Source: Phoronis australis
Taxonomy: Eukaryota > Animalia > Phoronida
Assembly: GCA_002633005.1 (NCBI GenBank)
Contig: NMRA01000315.1
Coordinates: forward strand, 164,452 to 228,451
Reading direction: 5' to 3'
Length of the DNA: 64,000 nt
In this document: piece after piece, positions 50,950-64,000 of the stretch
How positions within the stretch are numbered: position 1 is the stretch's first letter
Layout: every line of letters begins with the position of its first letter
Notes under the pieces: model-generated
The model's database searches: none
Told to the model about the DNA's origin: nothing
Seen by the model: the letters and a program-made list of their open reading frames with translations, nothing else
Position numbers and translations under genes: made by a program

Positions 50950-52953
50950 GTTTGCATATGTAATGTATTTATAGTTTGTTGTTAGTGGTCGTTGATTTTT
51001 TTGGAATGTTACGCGTACATAGTATGTTAAAATAGCATTGGTGTTTAGTTCCTTACCTAGGCTGGTGGAACCTAGGAACCAATATAGGTCGAACCAATTT
51101 TTTTTCGTTTTTTTATTTTTTTCCCGTTTCGAAAAAGTACGTTGCTATCATCGGAAAGGTAGTAAATTCTACTCAGTAAAAATCGAAAAAGTATCAAAAT
51201 CGGGGCAAGCAGTGTAAAGTTATTGCAAGTTTAGTGGCAAAATTTGGGTCACTTTGTTTGGATCGCGTCGGCCATATTGGAGGACAGCGGGATAATTACG
51301 AGTTTAAAACTTTGTGTAAATTGTTTTCGCCAACAAATTACGGTGAAATTTAGTTAGACATATCTTTACTTACTATTCTGCACGATTTAACAGTGTTCAC
51401 CAAATTTCAGCCTCGCAGTTGTTACGCATTAAGTGATAAATGTGCTCACAATTCCCGGTGGACTTCGTCTCATTTCTGGCGGCACCGACAACATGGCAAC
51501 TTTTGCTGAACTGAAAGGCATGTTCAATCGGCTACTTTGTAATTTGTGAAGGTTTAACGTTGATACATTTTGACAACGTTGCTACAAAAAAGAAACTGTA
51601 TTCAATTTTCGTGCTTTTGTGTAAAACTATGAGGTATATTCGAATTATTTTACTGTAAATTTCCCATTCAGGTGATCTTACACTAAGCTAAAAAATAGTT
51701 GAAATAATTTTGAAATGGTTTTTTGTTTGACTGTCAACTGCTGTTCAAGACTTGATTCGGTGTCACAAAATGATTCATATTTTTCTAAATTTTAAGTCTC
51801 AATTGCTTTCAAGTCATGTTTTGTAACTTATTGCTTCTTAATTCAGGTTATCACGTCAACAATATGAATAATCTTAATTTGAGAAATAAGCTATGTTGGA
51901 TTGTGAAGCTTCAAGCCTCTAACTCTTGTTCCTTGCAACTTCATATTTTTTTAAATGATGGTTGTCAAATTCTGGTGTAAAGAAACACTATTCCGTCACC
52001 ATGGTAATGGTTACATGTATGTCCACTTTCATATCATGGAAGCTGTTGATGTTGAATAGTGTTTGTAATGCTAAATGTTGTAAAGTATTGTGCATTTTAA
52101 GTTACTTATTATGTTAAAAGTTTGAATCATTTTGGCTTAATGATAATAAAATGACAACATGTTGTATTGGACCTGTCATACTTATGTAATCGAACGAGCC
52201 CCCTTTTTGGAGAACTGGAAAAGGTCTGCCCCAGCCACAGAAGCACGAATTCCCAAAAAAGTAGAAAGTGAGACAATATTCCACTAGAAGACAGGAAGTA
52301 CCAAAATTTAGAGTCTGCAAGTCATAGGTCTGAACATACCCACTGAATCTTATAGTAAAAGATAGACATTCCCAAAAATTCCAGCCCCCCCCCCATTCTT
52401 CTAGGCTCGGTGCGCTCATACAAAGTCTGGGAAAATCTACTATTGAAAGCCAACAACTTTGCACAGTTCGCCAGAAGTACCCATGTTCTAAATAAACCTC
52501 GTTTGAGCTAGCGCTGTGGCCAGCGACCAGTTAGGCCTAAGGGTAGCCTTGGCGCAAAGCTGTATAGGCCTACTAACAAGCTGTATTTTGACGATAGTCT
52601 TCACTGGTAGCTGGCACTGAGGCTAAGGTCTGCCGCGGCAGTGTGACACAGGACTAACCAACCCATAGTTTCATGCAAGTGTCTGAAACTACCCTTGAAT
52701 ATATGCAGCATTTATTATTTGACAGTTTTACTTCGACAAAACAGCTTGCAACCACATGCATTTACCGTTCGCCAGTGTCTGGCCTCGATCCGCACCGGGT
52801 CCGATAGACTGTGGTCCCGAGTTTGGCAAAATAATTTCTGTCAAAATTTTTTCCCCACGCTTCTTCAGCAAATTCGATAAAATTGTCCGTATTTTGATTT
52901 TATTAAAATTAATGTGCGCTGTCGATTATTTTATCCCCGTTTGCTGGCTGGTG
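50950..52953. repeat. ~2-kb dispersed repeat whose two ends recur at 33133-33552
   Basis: 50950-51193 matches 33133-33373 and 52774-52953 matches 33375-33552. Confidence 0.75.
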
Positions 52954-54899
52954 ACCAAAAATACACCTTAATAAGAATGCCCCATCTCCCTGGTTCCCTC
53001 GGTTACCCATCAAATATCTGCAAGCATGCCTGCGGAAATTGCTTCTGATATTCCGTTTTGATAAACGAATTCGTTGCTTTCTGATTTACATGTTTATGTA
53101 TCTACAAAAATCGACAGATTCGTAGATTATTTTTGACACTTAAAGACCAATCTTGTAAGAATTGATGATGTTTCAGTGAATTTACATGTAGTTGCAACCT
53201 GAAATTGGAAAAACTCAGTAAGTCTAAAGTACTCTTTATTAGACGATTTGTGCCTATCTAAAATATCACTCTCAAAGACATTGATGAAATTAGGGCAATT
53301 CCCTAAAATATTCTCACAATTCAAATGACAATAAATGCATTCATTGCTTTTTGATTAGGTGCAGAATTTGTCGTTTTAACTCACAAACAGGAGATCAAAC
53401 AGGAGTTAAGTCATTAGATCATTAATTGATTGTTGATTTCTGATTTGAATGTCTAAGTAAATACGAAAATTGTCTACTTGATAGATGATTTTTGACAGTT
53501 AGAAGCTAATCTTGTAAAAAATGACAATGGTTCACTGAAATGAGTTACAGGGTGACATTGCGAAAATTCGAGTCGATCTGTTATCAGATCAATTTTTGTC
53601 TATCTGAAATAAATCTCAAGGATACTGGTGAATGTCGAGCAGTTCTACAATGTGTACCAAAATATTCTCACTATTCAACTGTTGTCTTGTCATTCTCGTG
53701 TATACTACACAAACTAAGCGCGTCATGACTGAAGCAACCACGTTAAAAATAAGGTGTAACCATGCAGTAAACTCCTGCGGAATCTAAGTGATCCATGGGA
53801 ACTGAATTTGAACTCCAGGCGTTGGGACACACTCTGTGTCATTTTCCCCGGCCACCAAAAACTGGACTACCGTCTGTGTTTCAACAAGGTATTTTGAAAC
53901 AGCCCCAAAGGCACTATACCAGCGACCGCGGAACCTCATCATTTCGAAAAAGTCCTTCAAAGAATGACCATAATTAAACAAACTTTTCCCGTGAAACTTT
54001 GTTGGTTAACGCTTGCAAAAATTCTGATGGCTGTACACTGTATGCCCGGGATTTACCCCCACCTATACGGACGTGGGGGTTGGGTACAACTATGGGGGCA
54101 TCCGGACATTAGGGGGTTGGAGGACACCGACGTGGTGGCGACAGGAAGGAGGGTCGTTTCGCGATGTCGAATTGATTTGTGTACCCCCAATATTTTTTGC
54201 CTTCCTGTGGGCTTGATAAAGGTTGTTTTTATGCGTTTACTCCCATAGATTGTCCACATTTCAAAAGTCCAGCCTACACAGAACACGTTTATAAAATCAA
54301 CATTTTTAGATAAACAGTTTTTAAACTAAACATGAGAAAATAGAGTATGCAGTTTACACACGTTTACACAAATATTTGTTTACCATTCGATACGACTTAT
54401 ACAATAAGAATCACATGACTGACTAACAAGAGAATCTCATATTTGCGGAGCATTGACAAACTGAAATAGGCACATGAACCTCCAATCTTGTTGTGATAAG
54501 ATTTTTTTGAATTCTTTGATATTTGTGTTGGCAATTAATCAACGAACACAATTTACATGCTTTTCATAGCTGTAGTAGACACGTTTGAAGTAAAGTATAC
54601 TTTCGCCAACGTGTGAATTACTGTAGATTATATTTCCTAACAAGAATTACCCATGTGTGCATCAAAGTATTTATGCGCTGTATGATGTTCTCAGTCAAGG
54701 TTTTTCTTTAGCAAAAGACTGACTTTGCCCCAGCTGAAAAAAAGAAACAGAGTTGTGAAAAAATATTGAGGACTGCGTGTCTTCAACTCTTTCCAAATCA
54801 AATGCACTTCACAATAATTACCGATGTACCCAGATTTTGTCTTCAGGCTTGTTGACTGTTCAAGAGTTTACAAAACCTTACAATGTAATTTTGCGAGGC

Positions 54900-55105
54900 T
54901 CTAATTCATGGATCTGGGTTTGGGTCCCTCGGGGGTACACTGCTAGACCCTTGAGTCAGGTCTCTAACCCTTAAACTCGGTTTTAACTAGATATATTAAT
55001 AAAGCATAAAAATGGTTCCAGATTATCAATGCACCGGGCACACCTAAGTGGCCTGAGTGCACCTGGTGCAACGTGCACCAGATTGACTTTAAGCAGTTTT
55101 TAATC
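54900..55105 (+). repeat. Diverged copy of the SINE-like body at 3890-4075
   Basis: Shared TTGAGTCAGGT..CTAAC...TATATTAATA.AGCA.AAAAAT.GTTCCAG. Confidence 0.5.
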
Positions 55106-57801
55106 CTTGGAGATAGGTTACCGATCCCAGGCGTAGATGATGGCGACTTAAATTAAAGATGTTTCCCATTTACCGAAGGGACCCAAGCCACCTTTGTTAG
55201 CATGGAACCTCTTAACCTTGTATTCGATGAATACGTTCAGGGTTGTCAATCCTCCCTCACGGTGCACAAGAGGGCGTTCTCTATACCAGCATCCTTTCCC
55301 ATCAACAAAATTCTTCCCTTGGGAGCTGTATTTATTTTTTCATCAAGCAAACAAAGTTATTACTTTTCCAGTCCGTTTCTTATCAATGTGAGTATATTGT
55401 AGGGAGTTTGAGATCACACTGAGGGCCTTGTTTTGTTTTGTTGTCATTGGTACTTGCTTTTTCTGAGTACACGTTACGGTTATCACTTTCGTTTTTGGAG
55501 GAACCTGGTTTTCGGTCTTAGTCAATTCAAATACTTAGAGCTTAACATCAAGAAAAGTTACTCCTTGGCGGTAAAGGAGTTTTCCAGATATGATTCTGCA
55601 GCCCACTACATGCGCGCACAAAGCTTTCAATATGGGGGGCTCGAATTCCTAACGTTGTGGACCTTTTTGTAACAAAACAGCCGGCGGAATAAAAAAGAAC
55701 GGACTCACCACTGTGAATTGCGCGTTTGTAGTTGTTAAGCGGACTTTTTGTCTCATTTTCTCGGACTTTATGTTTCTCACAGGCGGACCTTTTTAACCAT
55801 TTCGTCAAATGGGGCGGTGCTCTTTCACACCTTCTGGATGACAAATATAAACAAATGGGAGACCGATTTGCTTAGGCTGAATGTACATGTTTCCTATGTG
55901 AAAAACTTCGGAGTGAGAAATTTTTACCGTGCATTTGGTCATGCATTTTTTAAAAAATTATAAAAAAATGTAGCATTTGGTCAGTACATTTAGAAAACGC
56001 TCTCAGGTAATTTGAAAACTACAAAATGGCCGCCACTGTCGTCGTCTTGATTGTAAATTTTGGGTACAATAGAACAAATACACACAATGGTTACCTCCTA
56101 AAGCACGTCCAAAAGATAATCTTTTCATACTTATTGCAAAATTTGCTGAAGAAAATAAGTTTGGGGCAAAAACAACTCAAAGGCCACCGTTTCCGCCATA
56201 TTGTAACGAATGCAATTGAAGCTTTGCATAACTGTAATAGACGTGCGGCTCTGTATGCGTGCATACTCTAAGCTCACTATGACAACAATAAGGTTTTTAG
56301 ATGCGACTGTTCTCTTAGATTCGATTGTGACGAAAACAAATTGAAAAGACGTTGCCGGTTGCGTGTAATTTTCATGACAGTCAAAGTAGAAATAAGACCT
56401 GGAGTGTTCGTAACAACTGAGAGGGACAGAGTAACATGCGTGGCCAAGTTTGTTTCGCCAAGTATCCCGTTCAGACTTGCATATTTCGAGGGCTCCGCAA
56501 TCCAAGTCAAACCAGTGATGATGTCAACCATTACCAGTCGACACTCCTATATGATGCAGTAGGAGATCACGTGGCACACTTTCGCGCGTGTTGGTAATTT
56601 CAGAATTCTGACGTAACGCCCATGAAAACTCAACGAATTTAATAAATAGCAAAGCCTATCAAGTGGTGATTTCAGATATAATCGCTTTCATATTTCGAAA
56701 ATTTGATGGTTTTTAGTTATTCCTCAAAAATAGCTTCTGCTATCCAAAGGGCCAAACGTTGATCTGAGAATTTCTGACAAAGCCAATAAAACTGAGGCGT
56801 CTATTGTGTTCGACCGGCTAAATACATTTTTGTGGTCACCATATATTTTTTCTACGGAAAATATGATGTTCATGATTTTTCCGTAATATTGTGAAGGCGT
56901 TTCGTAATTTAGTCTATTTCACAAATTTTGTTGACCATAAAAATTCATTGATAACATCATGTGAGAAGTAGTGGGCTACATTACAGCACTAGTCGCTTAT
57001 CTGATGATGAGCGGAGAAACAGCCGTCCGAAATGTCGTGGAATGTTTAGCGAAGAGGTTGGTGCAAACTGACCAAATCCCCAATCGTGTTTCAACTACAT
57101 CTTTACTCACAGGAGAAAAAGAACTCACTCAAGGTTATGTCCAGCAGCACCCTAAAACTGGGCAAATTTCAAACTTTGGAACATCATATCCCAGAAATGG
57201 CTGACATTTTTGATATAAAACTCAGAAATAAAAATGCTTTTTCACTGTTCTTCAAAGCTGGTAAAAAATTGCTGTTAAAATGTTTCACTTTTACAGGAAT
57301 GCTATCAAAGCTACCACTTGTACCATTCTGATGAAACAAAAACTAAGAAGAAATGTTTTTTGTTATTCAAACAGTTCTTTGCAATCAATGTATCTTTCTT
57401 TTTCGTAAAGTTTAATAAAAAGAAAAGGTTACGTGATCCTTTTAACGTCAGATTAGTAAAAAAGTAAAAATAAAACTAAAATTCTTCTGGCTTTCGGGTT
57501 TCAGAAAATATATGCCTAAATACACATATTTATAGATAAGATTATACCTAACCTTAGTCTTTGCGTTTTTAATGAAAATTAGTGTCAATTTAGCGTAGCC
57601 ACTTTTCTATGTCGGTAAAAGTTAGTGTATCAAATACTCTTGACTTCTTATAAAAGACTTAGGATTTCTCGCCTTTTGAAGGACCCTGTATTGTGACGAC
57701 GTAGTTCTATTTTTCGTTTCAAAACAGCGTGACGTCTTGCTTTGCGCAGTTGGGTTTTGCCATTAATGCGCAATAGGTCGATATGCTTCAAAACTAGCGC
57801 A

Positions 57802-60800
57802 ATGAAGACATCAGTGGCATCTCTATTGTTGTATGCGGTAATACTCGAAAAAACAGGTGAATGGCATTTTAATGACATGAATTTAACCTTGTATGAGCAT
57901 TTGGTGATTTTTTTGTTTTTTTGTCTCATGTTGCACTTGAAAGGATACTAATATACTAAGCTCTGTTTTAGTGATTTTCAGTTAACAATTCACGTTCTTT
58001 CTCGTGCTCATATAAAATTGGCGTCCCACTTAAAAGATAAAAACAGGATTCAACTAAAACACATTACTCATCGTGTCAAAGAATGGATGTTATAGCTCTT
58101 GATTGGTGTTTTTTTCCTACAGTTGTGGTGTAACTCGCCTAATGGATAAGTAACGGTTACATGTGCCCGTTTAGCAGACTTTGTGATGAGTTCGCCCCAA
58201 AATGGGGTTGGCGAGGGTTAGAGAAAATTATTTTGTTTTAAAGAAATGGATGGCAAAGTTGATCTAAATACCTGTTGATAGTTCTAAGCCGTGTTTATTA
58301 TCATTTTGAAATTACAATCTTACGTATCACTGCGTCCTGGGCATCAAAGATGAAGAGCGCCATACGCCGCTAGCAAATTACGATATGCCGCTAGCAAATT
58401 ACGACAACTTTATAAATCTGTCTGATACACATAAGGGACATTTTAACTTTTTATTGCTAAGAGTTTTGTAAATAACACTTTTCTTGGTCACGCACAAGTT
58501 TAATCTTAGCAGGAGCTTTAGGAAATTGGGCCTAATGTCTGCAAACTTATAATATTTAAATTAGTAAAAGGTTTTTCCGACAGTAGAAAACCTGAACAGT
58601 CTTGTTGATCCCGCAAGTGCGGTGAAAGCTTCGTACAAACAAAAATACAGGCGAGTTTTAAACGCATTAGCTTCCTTATTTGGATACCTACTGAGTTGCC
58701 TAGCTTGTCAAAAAGCCAGTACCGAAAACATAAAAGCCCTTTGTGTTGTTTTATATTGGTATTATTCATAACTTTTCACTTATTCAGAGTCTAACAACTG
58801 CGTAACAGCTCACCTATAAGCACCATAATACGAAAACAAACGTTACTTGTGTAGGCTAATGTTTGAGTCACGCCAACTGTTACACTGTGGTTCATGAATT
58901 TAAAAGCAAAGGAATAAATTTTACTGTCCATTCCTCCCATTGTTTTATTTGTTTAAGCTCAACAATTTTTAAATCTTTTGACAGTGAGAGTGAGCGAAAT
59001 TCTCACGCTTTATCAGCTGCAACAAGTGAATTGTCGGTGGATAATTCTTCGCAGAGGAACATAATGTCCTTGTTCATCAATGGGACGGTATATTTCTGAT
59101 GGTTTGCCTTTTTCGTAAGGAATTAGTACATCCCATCGTACAACACTGGAAATCTGTCGGCATTGTAATAGAAGGCAATGTGTTAAAACGTTGCTAATAT
59201 CAGTCGAATGAAACCTCCCGCGCAAATTATATTGGATCTGCAGGTGGCGTTGAACGCCAGTCCACCAAAGACCCGATCGACATCTGGTGGGTTAGTGAAC
59301 TGTAATATGGCGCGACTATTCCGAAAGTCAGGTATTGGAAGAACGTGCGAGAGAGGAAACCAAAGTCACGGGAGGAAGGGGGTTGGGCGCCTTCCTCAAG
59401 AAAATTTCTAAATTAATTCTTGATAAAGTTATGCAGGACCCAGGTGGAATGTCTGAATTTGGCTGACGTCAGAACACCATGTCTCAGAACGGCGGATTGA
59501 ATTCATATGGAGGTTTCAAATACTGTGCTTTATGCACTGTACTTCAAAACGCTGAGAGAAATTGTTTTAAAATGCTCCACTTATCCATGAGGGGCTGTAA
59601 AACATGACTTGTATGATTTTCATTAAAAATCGCAAAACGTAAAAAATGGTATATGGTATTTTAGATACATGTAACTGTAACAGCATTTTGGGTTCTCATT
59701 TTGATCATTCACATCAAATAAAATTTCATCTTGTTATTTTAATATCAATACACTTTCTCTTTTGCTGAATTTTAATAAACAGACATGTTTGCAAAAACGG
59801 GACGATCGTCGAACAAATAAAAAAGTTCATGTTCAATTCAACATTTCGTCTTTTCATTAGACATCATCAGGATCATATTTATAAATGTAGTGCAGAGTTC
59901 CATTTACCGTTACATCGCCTTTTTACAGCCTCCTTTTCATCTCCGGACAGTTTTGCATCGACGGGGCATGACATAAATAAAATTTTTGGCTTACAGTACA
60001 GAACAAACAAACTGAAGGAACCGACTAAACCAACAGTTGTCTCTTTCAGGGGCTTGTCGAAGACGTTCAACTTGTCTGTCTGGCTGTTCCACAAGATATG
60101 TTATCGCTCCATTGGGGCAAACTTCGAAATGGTTCGATCACTCGGTCAGCTGTTCTTGTAGGTAGGGATTTAATACAAATGTAATGACTGAGACTATTTT
60201 AATCCTTGACTTCTTAGTCTCATGTTTACCTATTTTAATCTAACTGAAAACGATAAAACTGAGGAGCCTCCACAAGGCGTAAGTGCATGGCTAGCTCATG
60301 AAAGAGTTCGTTACATAATATGAGCTTGTCTTCTTATTTTGAAAGTTTGTTGGAGATTCATGCCCTGTATTGTGATTCATCCTTGGAAACCGGACTGTAC
60401 AAATGTGATATAGTTCCATGTAGTTCGATAGAACAACTCTGCCTTTGGCAAAACAGACCGGGCCCACCGGTTCAGTGCGGCAAGCTCAGTTAATGTCATG
60501 ATATATATAAAAGTATGTGTACCTTAATCCTGGCTTTTTGATCCACATCAAATATGAGACTGTCAGCAGCATATATAGGCGTATCCGAACTTGGTTGTCG
60601 GGAGCAAACGATTTAGTTTTGCCACCCACCCCTGGTCGCCACCATTTCCACCCACCCTTGGTCACCACTAATGTTCTCCGCCGACTCCCTATCACAACTT
60701 GCTTCCCCTCATTCCTATATACCTTTCCCGTATTTGTCCATTGAGAGGTCTGCTGACATGGCACCAGACAACCACGTCGATCAACGGAACACTGAAATTT

Positions 60801-63276
60801 GTTGGAGTTGATTCAAATGGATGAAAATACAAAGAAAATCCGCATTCAGTGTACGTTATCTCAGATTATTAAACAAACCCGCTGCAAATTAAGCATCAAT
60901 TTTCCGATAAAAACACCGACCACAGTATTTTGGCCTTACAGTGTGCACCGACTTAAAAAGTAACCGCGTGTTTGTATGCTAAGTCCAAGGTAGTTAAAGC
61001 GTTTTGATGCTGTACATTTCATTGTTCGTTGCAAAAGCGGTTACCTTAAGTTGAACCTCATGGAGTCGTGGGCTGGAAAGTTTATTTGATGTTATGTTCA
61101 AGAAATGTTCCAAATAATTCAGGAGAGAAGCAGCAACATGTCAACCAAACAACAAATTAAAATCAAAGGGATTTATAGTTTGTTGTCTTTAACGTTTTCA
61201 TTTTTTCCTTTTGTGACATCACAGTCACTGTAACAGAGGTTCCAGAACTATCTACGAAGGATGGAATACTGTGGACGCCATTGGATGGCACAACCGATGC
61301 ACGTATCAATGTCATTCGTGCGTTCGTCTAACAGGTAAGGCATCACAGAAGCATGGCATTTGACAACACAACATTGTACACCGGCATGCCTTGAAAATTT
61401 ATCTGTGGCACAATCAAAGAATATTGTAAGAAAATAAACACATAATAATCAGGAACTCCGACTGGGAATCGAACCACAGGTCTCTAATGCTGTTACCACT
61501 GATCTGCTGAGGACCCATTCCAAAGAAATTAGTGGCATTAACTGCTAATCTGTCTTTCTTACAAAGTCCGTGTCGAACATTTTTATAAATGTGAGTTCAG
61601 AATGTTTGCTATTTTAATGTATTGATTTCTTTGTTTCGCATCTGTACACATTCACTTGAGCACGTTTCTCAAGACAGTTTATTTCATATATTTCAGTACG
61701 TCGCTGCGATGTTCTGCCTATACCCAACGGCAGAATGAATTCCTACTGTGATCGTGTTCGTGGAAAGACATGCGGTTATTCCTGTAACGAATGCTACAGA
61801 AGAGCTACGACCAGCGACCCACTATGTAGCTGGCCTGGATGGACAGTGAAACCATCATGCGAATGTACGTGTCTTGGCTGAATCCACAGTATTTATTTTT
61901 CGATTTTCAGGGGTCCATCGTACCCAAACTACCATAAAAATGACTACATTACCACCTATGGGTGAGTCTAAGCCCAGGTCTAGATTAGCAGTTTAGTGAA
62001 GCTCCCGGAATCTGCTGACGCGCTCTTAAGTTAACACCAGCTATCTGCATGAAAAATACGAAAACACGAAAAAGACAACCCTATTCATACACCGTAATAC
62101 GGTAGCAACCTTCCTCCGTGTGAATACTATAAATTTATAGAACGTGTTATACCGTTAAACTCTTTATGGTTAAATGTGACCAGGTAACAGTGAAGCCGTT
62201 ACTGCCGCCACAAGATTAATACGCGTTCCTTGAAAAAGGCCGTCCAAAAAGTCACGCGGTAAACCTCGAGACTCATATCTTGTAATAACAATCATGGGTT
62301 TGCTTTCAATTGGTCACTGTTAACCACGAAGTGTTTAACGGTATATCGCTTTCTATAAAATCACGGCATGCGTACGGATGAGTGCAACCCTACTAGTTGC
62401 ATCTTTAACTGTCTTACGGTGCATGGATGGGGTAAAAAGATACACTTGCACTCGATTTTAAGAAAATCACATACCGAGAAGAATAATCGCTTATGTGTGA
62501 AGCAATCGAACAAACAGAAACAAAAACGAATTTTCGCGATATAGGCTATGAGCCTCAATATGTGCGTTTAAGGTGGGGCAGGGGTACTATAGAATCATAG
62601 GTACAAGCATCGCATCATATGCACGAACCAGCTAAGAACCTATGAATCATACATGGGTTCGTATGCATTACCCATAGGTTCATAGGTTGTTTGTGCGGAA
62701 GATGCAATGCTCGTGCGTAAGATTCTATGGCATCCCTGCGGTATGTTGTTTGTGCGTATGATTCGGTTGCTGGTGCGTATGGTTTGTGTTCGTATGTGAG
62801 ATTTTGCGGTTCGTTTGCATTATTTTTGTTCGCATGCGTGACTTGGATTCACGCGTATGATTCTTGGCTTCGTGTGTGGTTCGTGCGTATGATTCTATGG
62901 AAACCCTCAGTGCTGTAGTAATGTCTAAGTTCATTGTTTTAATCGTAATTTAATTGCATTTTTGTACGTTTAGCCCGTGACACTGTTGCATGGTTTATAG
63001 TCTACTACCAAATATTTGATGATATCAGAAAACTGTTAACAAGCACCCGCTACAACAAGCTTTTGGATTTTAGTGGGCTATTGTTCTGGACTTCCTGTAA
63101 GCCAAGTCGGAAACGCCACCTACGAATGCGACGGTAAGGCATGTGGTAGCGAATGCAAAGTAGTCTGTAACAGGGCTACGTCATTCCACGCAGCCAGCGG
63201 AAGTACGCGAAACAGAAATGTCAACAGACACCTAACGGTTTTGAATGGTCAGCACATCCTATAGTCGAATGTTACG
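57802..63276 (+). CDS. Secreted Cys-rich HYR-like/Sushi (CCP) domain protein, 5' part; frameshift in exon 5 (possible pseudogene or sequence error)
   Basis: Exons 57802-57856 (MKTSVASLLLYAVILEKT, signal-like), 60050-60161, 61225-61334, 61697-61864 (Sushi: VRRCDVLPIPNGRMNSYCDRVRGKTCGYSCNECYRRATTSDPLCSWPGWTVKPSCE) and 63074-63276 (second Sushi). GT-AG introns with compatible phases 1,2,1,1. Exon 5 is 203 nt, one short of a multiple of 3. The first exon is the least certain. Confidence 0.75.
61452..61511 (-). mobile_element. tRNA-derived SINE head in an intron of the Sushi gene
   Basis: Minus strand AGCAGATCAGTGGTA...GGTTCGATTCCCAGTCGGAG (A and B boxes); the anticodon arm is not intact, so it is not a tRNA. 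Confidence 0.5.
62590..62900. repeat. Degenerate minisatellite (GTTCGTGCGTATGATTC-like units)
   Basis: Repeated TCGTGCGTA/TGCGTATGATTC units, with inverted units at the left end. Confidence 0.55.
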
Positions 63277-64000
63277 GTACGTATAAAATCTCTAAACAGT
63301 AACAGGTCCACTGAATTGGCATCAATGTTTTTTAGTTTCCAGTTCTGATCTGATTTCATTTTGTGTGGTGAAAGTGAATAAATCGCGCGCGCTTTGACCA
63401 CTGATTCGGCGGCATGGAGAAATTACTTTTCCGGGGATTCCGTTTTTGACTACGAAAATGGCAAATGTACAAGGGCATTCCTTTCACGTGTAGTGTAAAA
63501 TTGTGAATGTAGGATGTACAGCTGTAATTATACGTTGAAATTCCACAATTACCTTTCAAACAAATCTAGTTGGATATCAGTGTGATCATCCCTGAGTATT
63601 TTTTCGAAGTCCTCCACATTTCTGTTTTTGTTACAATTCACGAAAAATCTTAGAATTGTGCTTAATGGTTTCGAAAAAACATCTTTCCCGATTCACTATT
63701 TCAAACGGCTATAAACTCGCCTTCCATCATGAAATACAGCTTTTGATTTTGACTACTTATCGTTATAAAGTTAATCTTCAACTTACAGGTTATTTCAGGA
63801 CTCCCGAAGGTTTAGCAGGAAGTTATTGCTTTAGACCAGGTTCTGCAAGTGGTCTTGTCCCGGCCTATCGTGTTCTTGTTACGAGCATGGTCTCTACAGA
63901 AAAAAAACCTTCAAACCTTTTCAAAGCAGAAACCATTTTTCATTTGAGTAAGGTACACGCTGAGGCAAATTTCATCGCAGTAAGTTGTCTTAATCACAGG

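Noticed and set aside
55372-55387. 16-nt micro-exon (TTTTCCAG|...|GTGAGT)
   Set aside because: Good splice signals but no supporting partner exon; it could be a 5' UTR exon of the Sushi gene but this is unsupported without transcripts.
58364-58404. 21-bp tandem duplication (A(C/T)GCCGCTAGCAAATTACGA)
   Set aside because: Two-unit intronic slippage duplication with no evidence of function.
59018-59088. Possible extra exon of the Sushi gene (AATSELSVDNSSQRNIMSLFINGT)
   Set aside because: It enters in phase 1 but exits in phase 0 at a weak donor, incompatible with the next phase-1 exon; the gene splices cleanly without it.

Overview
AT-rich, intron-containing eukaryotic DNA, most likely a marine invertebrate (inferred from repeat types and gene families; the taxon cannot be determined from this window). 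Most entries in the ORF track are spurious. Manual splicing reveals a minus-strand tandem array of three paralogous genes (C, A, B) for a small secreted four-EF-hand protein. A (CDS 20511->11935) and B (CDS 40605->29348) are complete 134-aa ORFs with identical exon sizes and phases, a non-coding first exon, a TATA box and a polyA signal. C runs off the left edge. One coding exon has diverged between A and B much faster than its flanking introns, almost all by replacement changes. At the right end is a plus-strand secreted Cys-rich gene (signal peptide, HYR-like, Sushi, Sushi) with a frameshift in the second Sushi exon. The remainder is transposon debris: Polinton-type polB fragments, a Penelope-like RT/GIY-YIG element with a hammerhead ribozyme, a Kolobok-like THAP remnant, 8-bp-TSD DNA transposons/MITEs and tRNA-derived SINEs. 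There are also TACATGTA insertions that look like excision footprints, and several assembly gaps.
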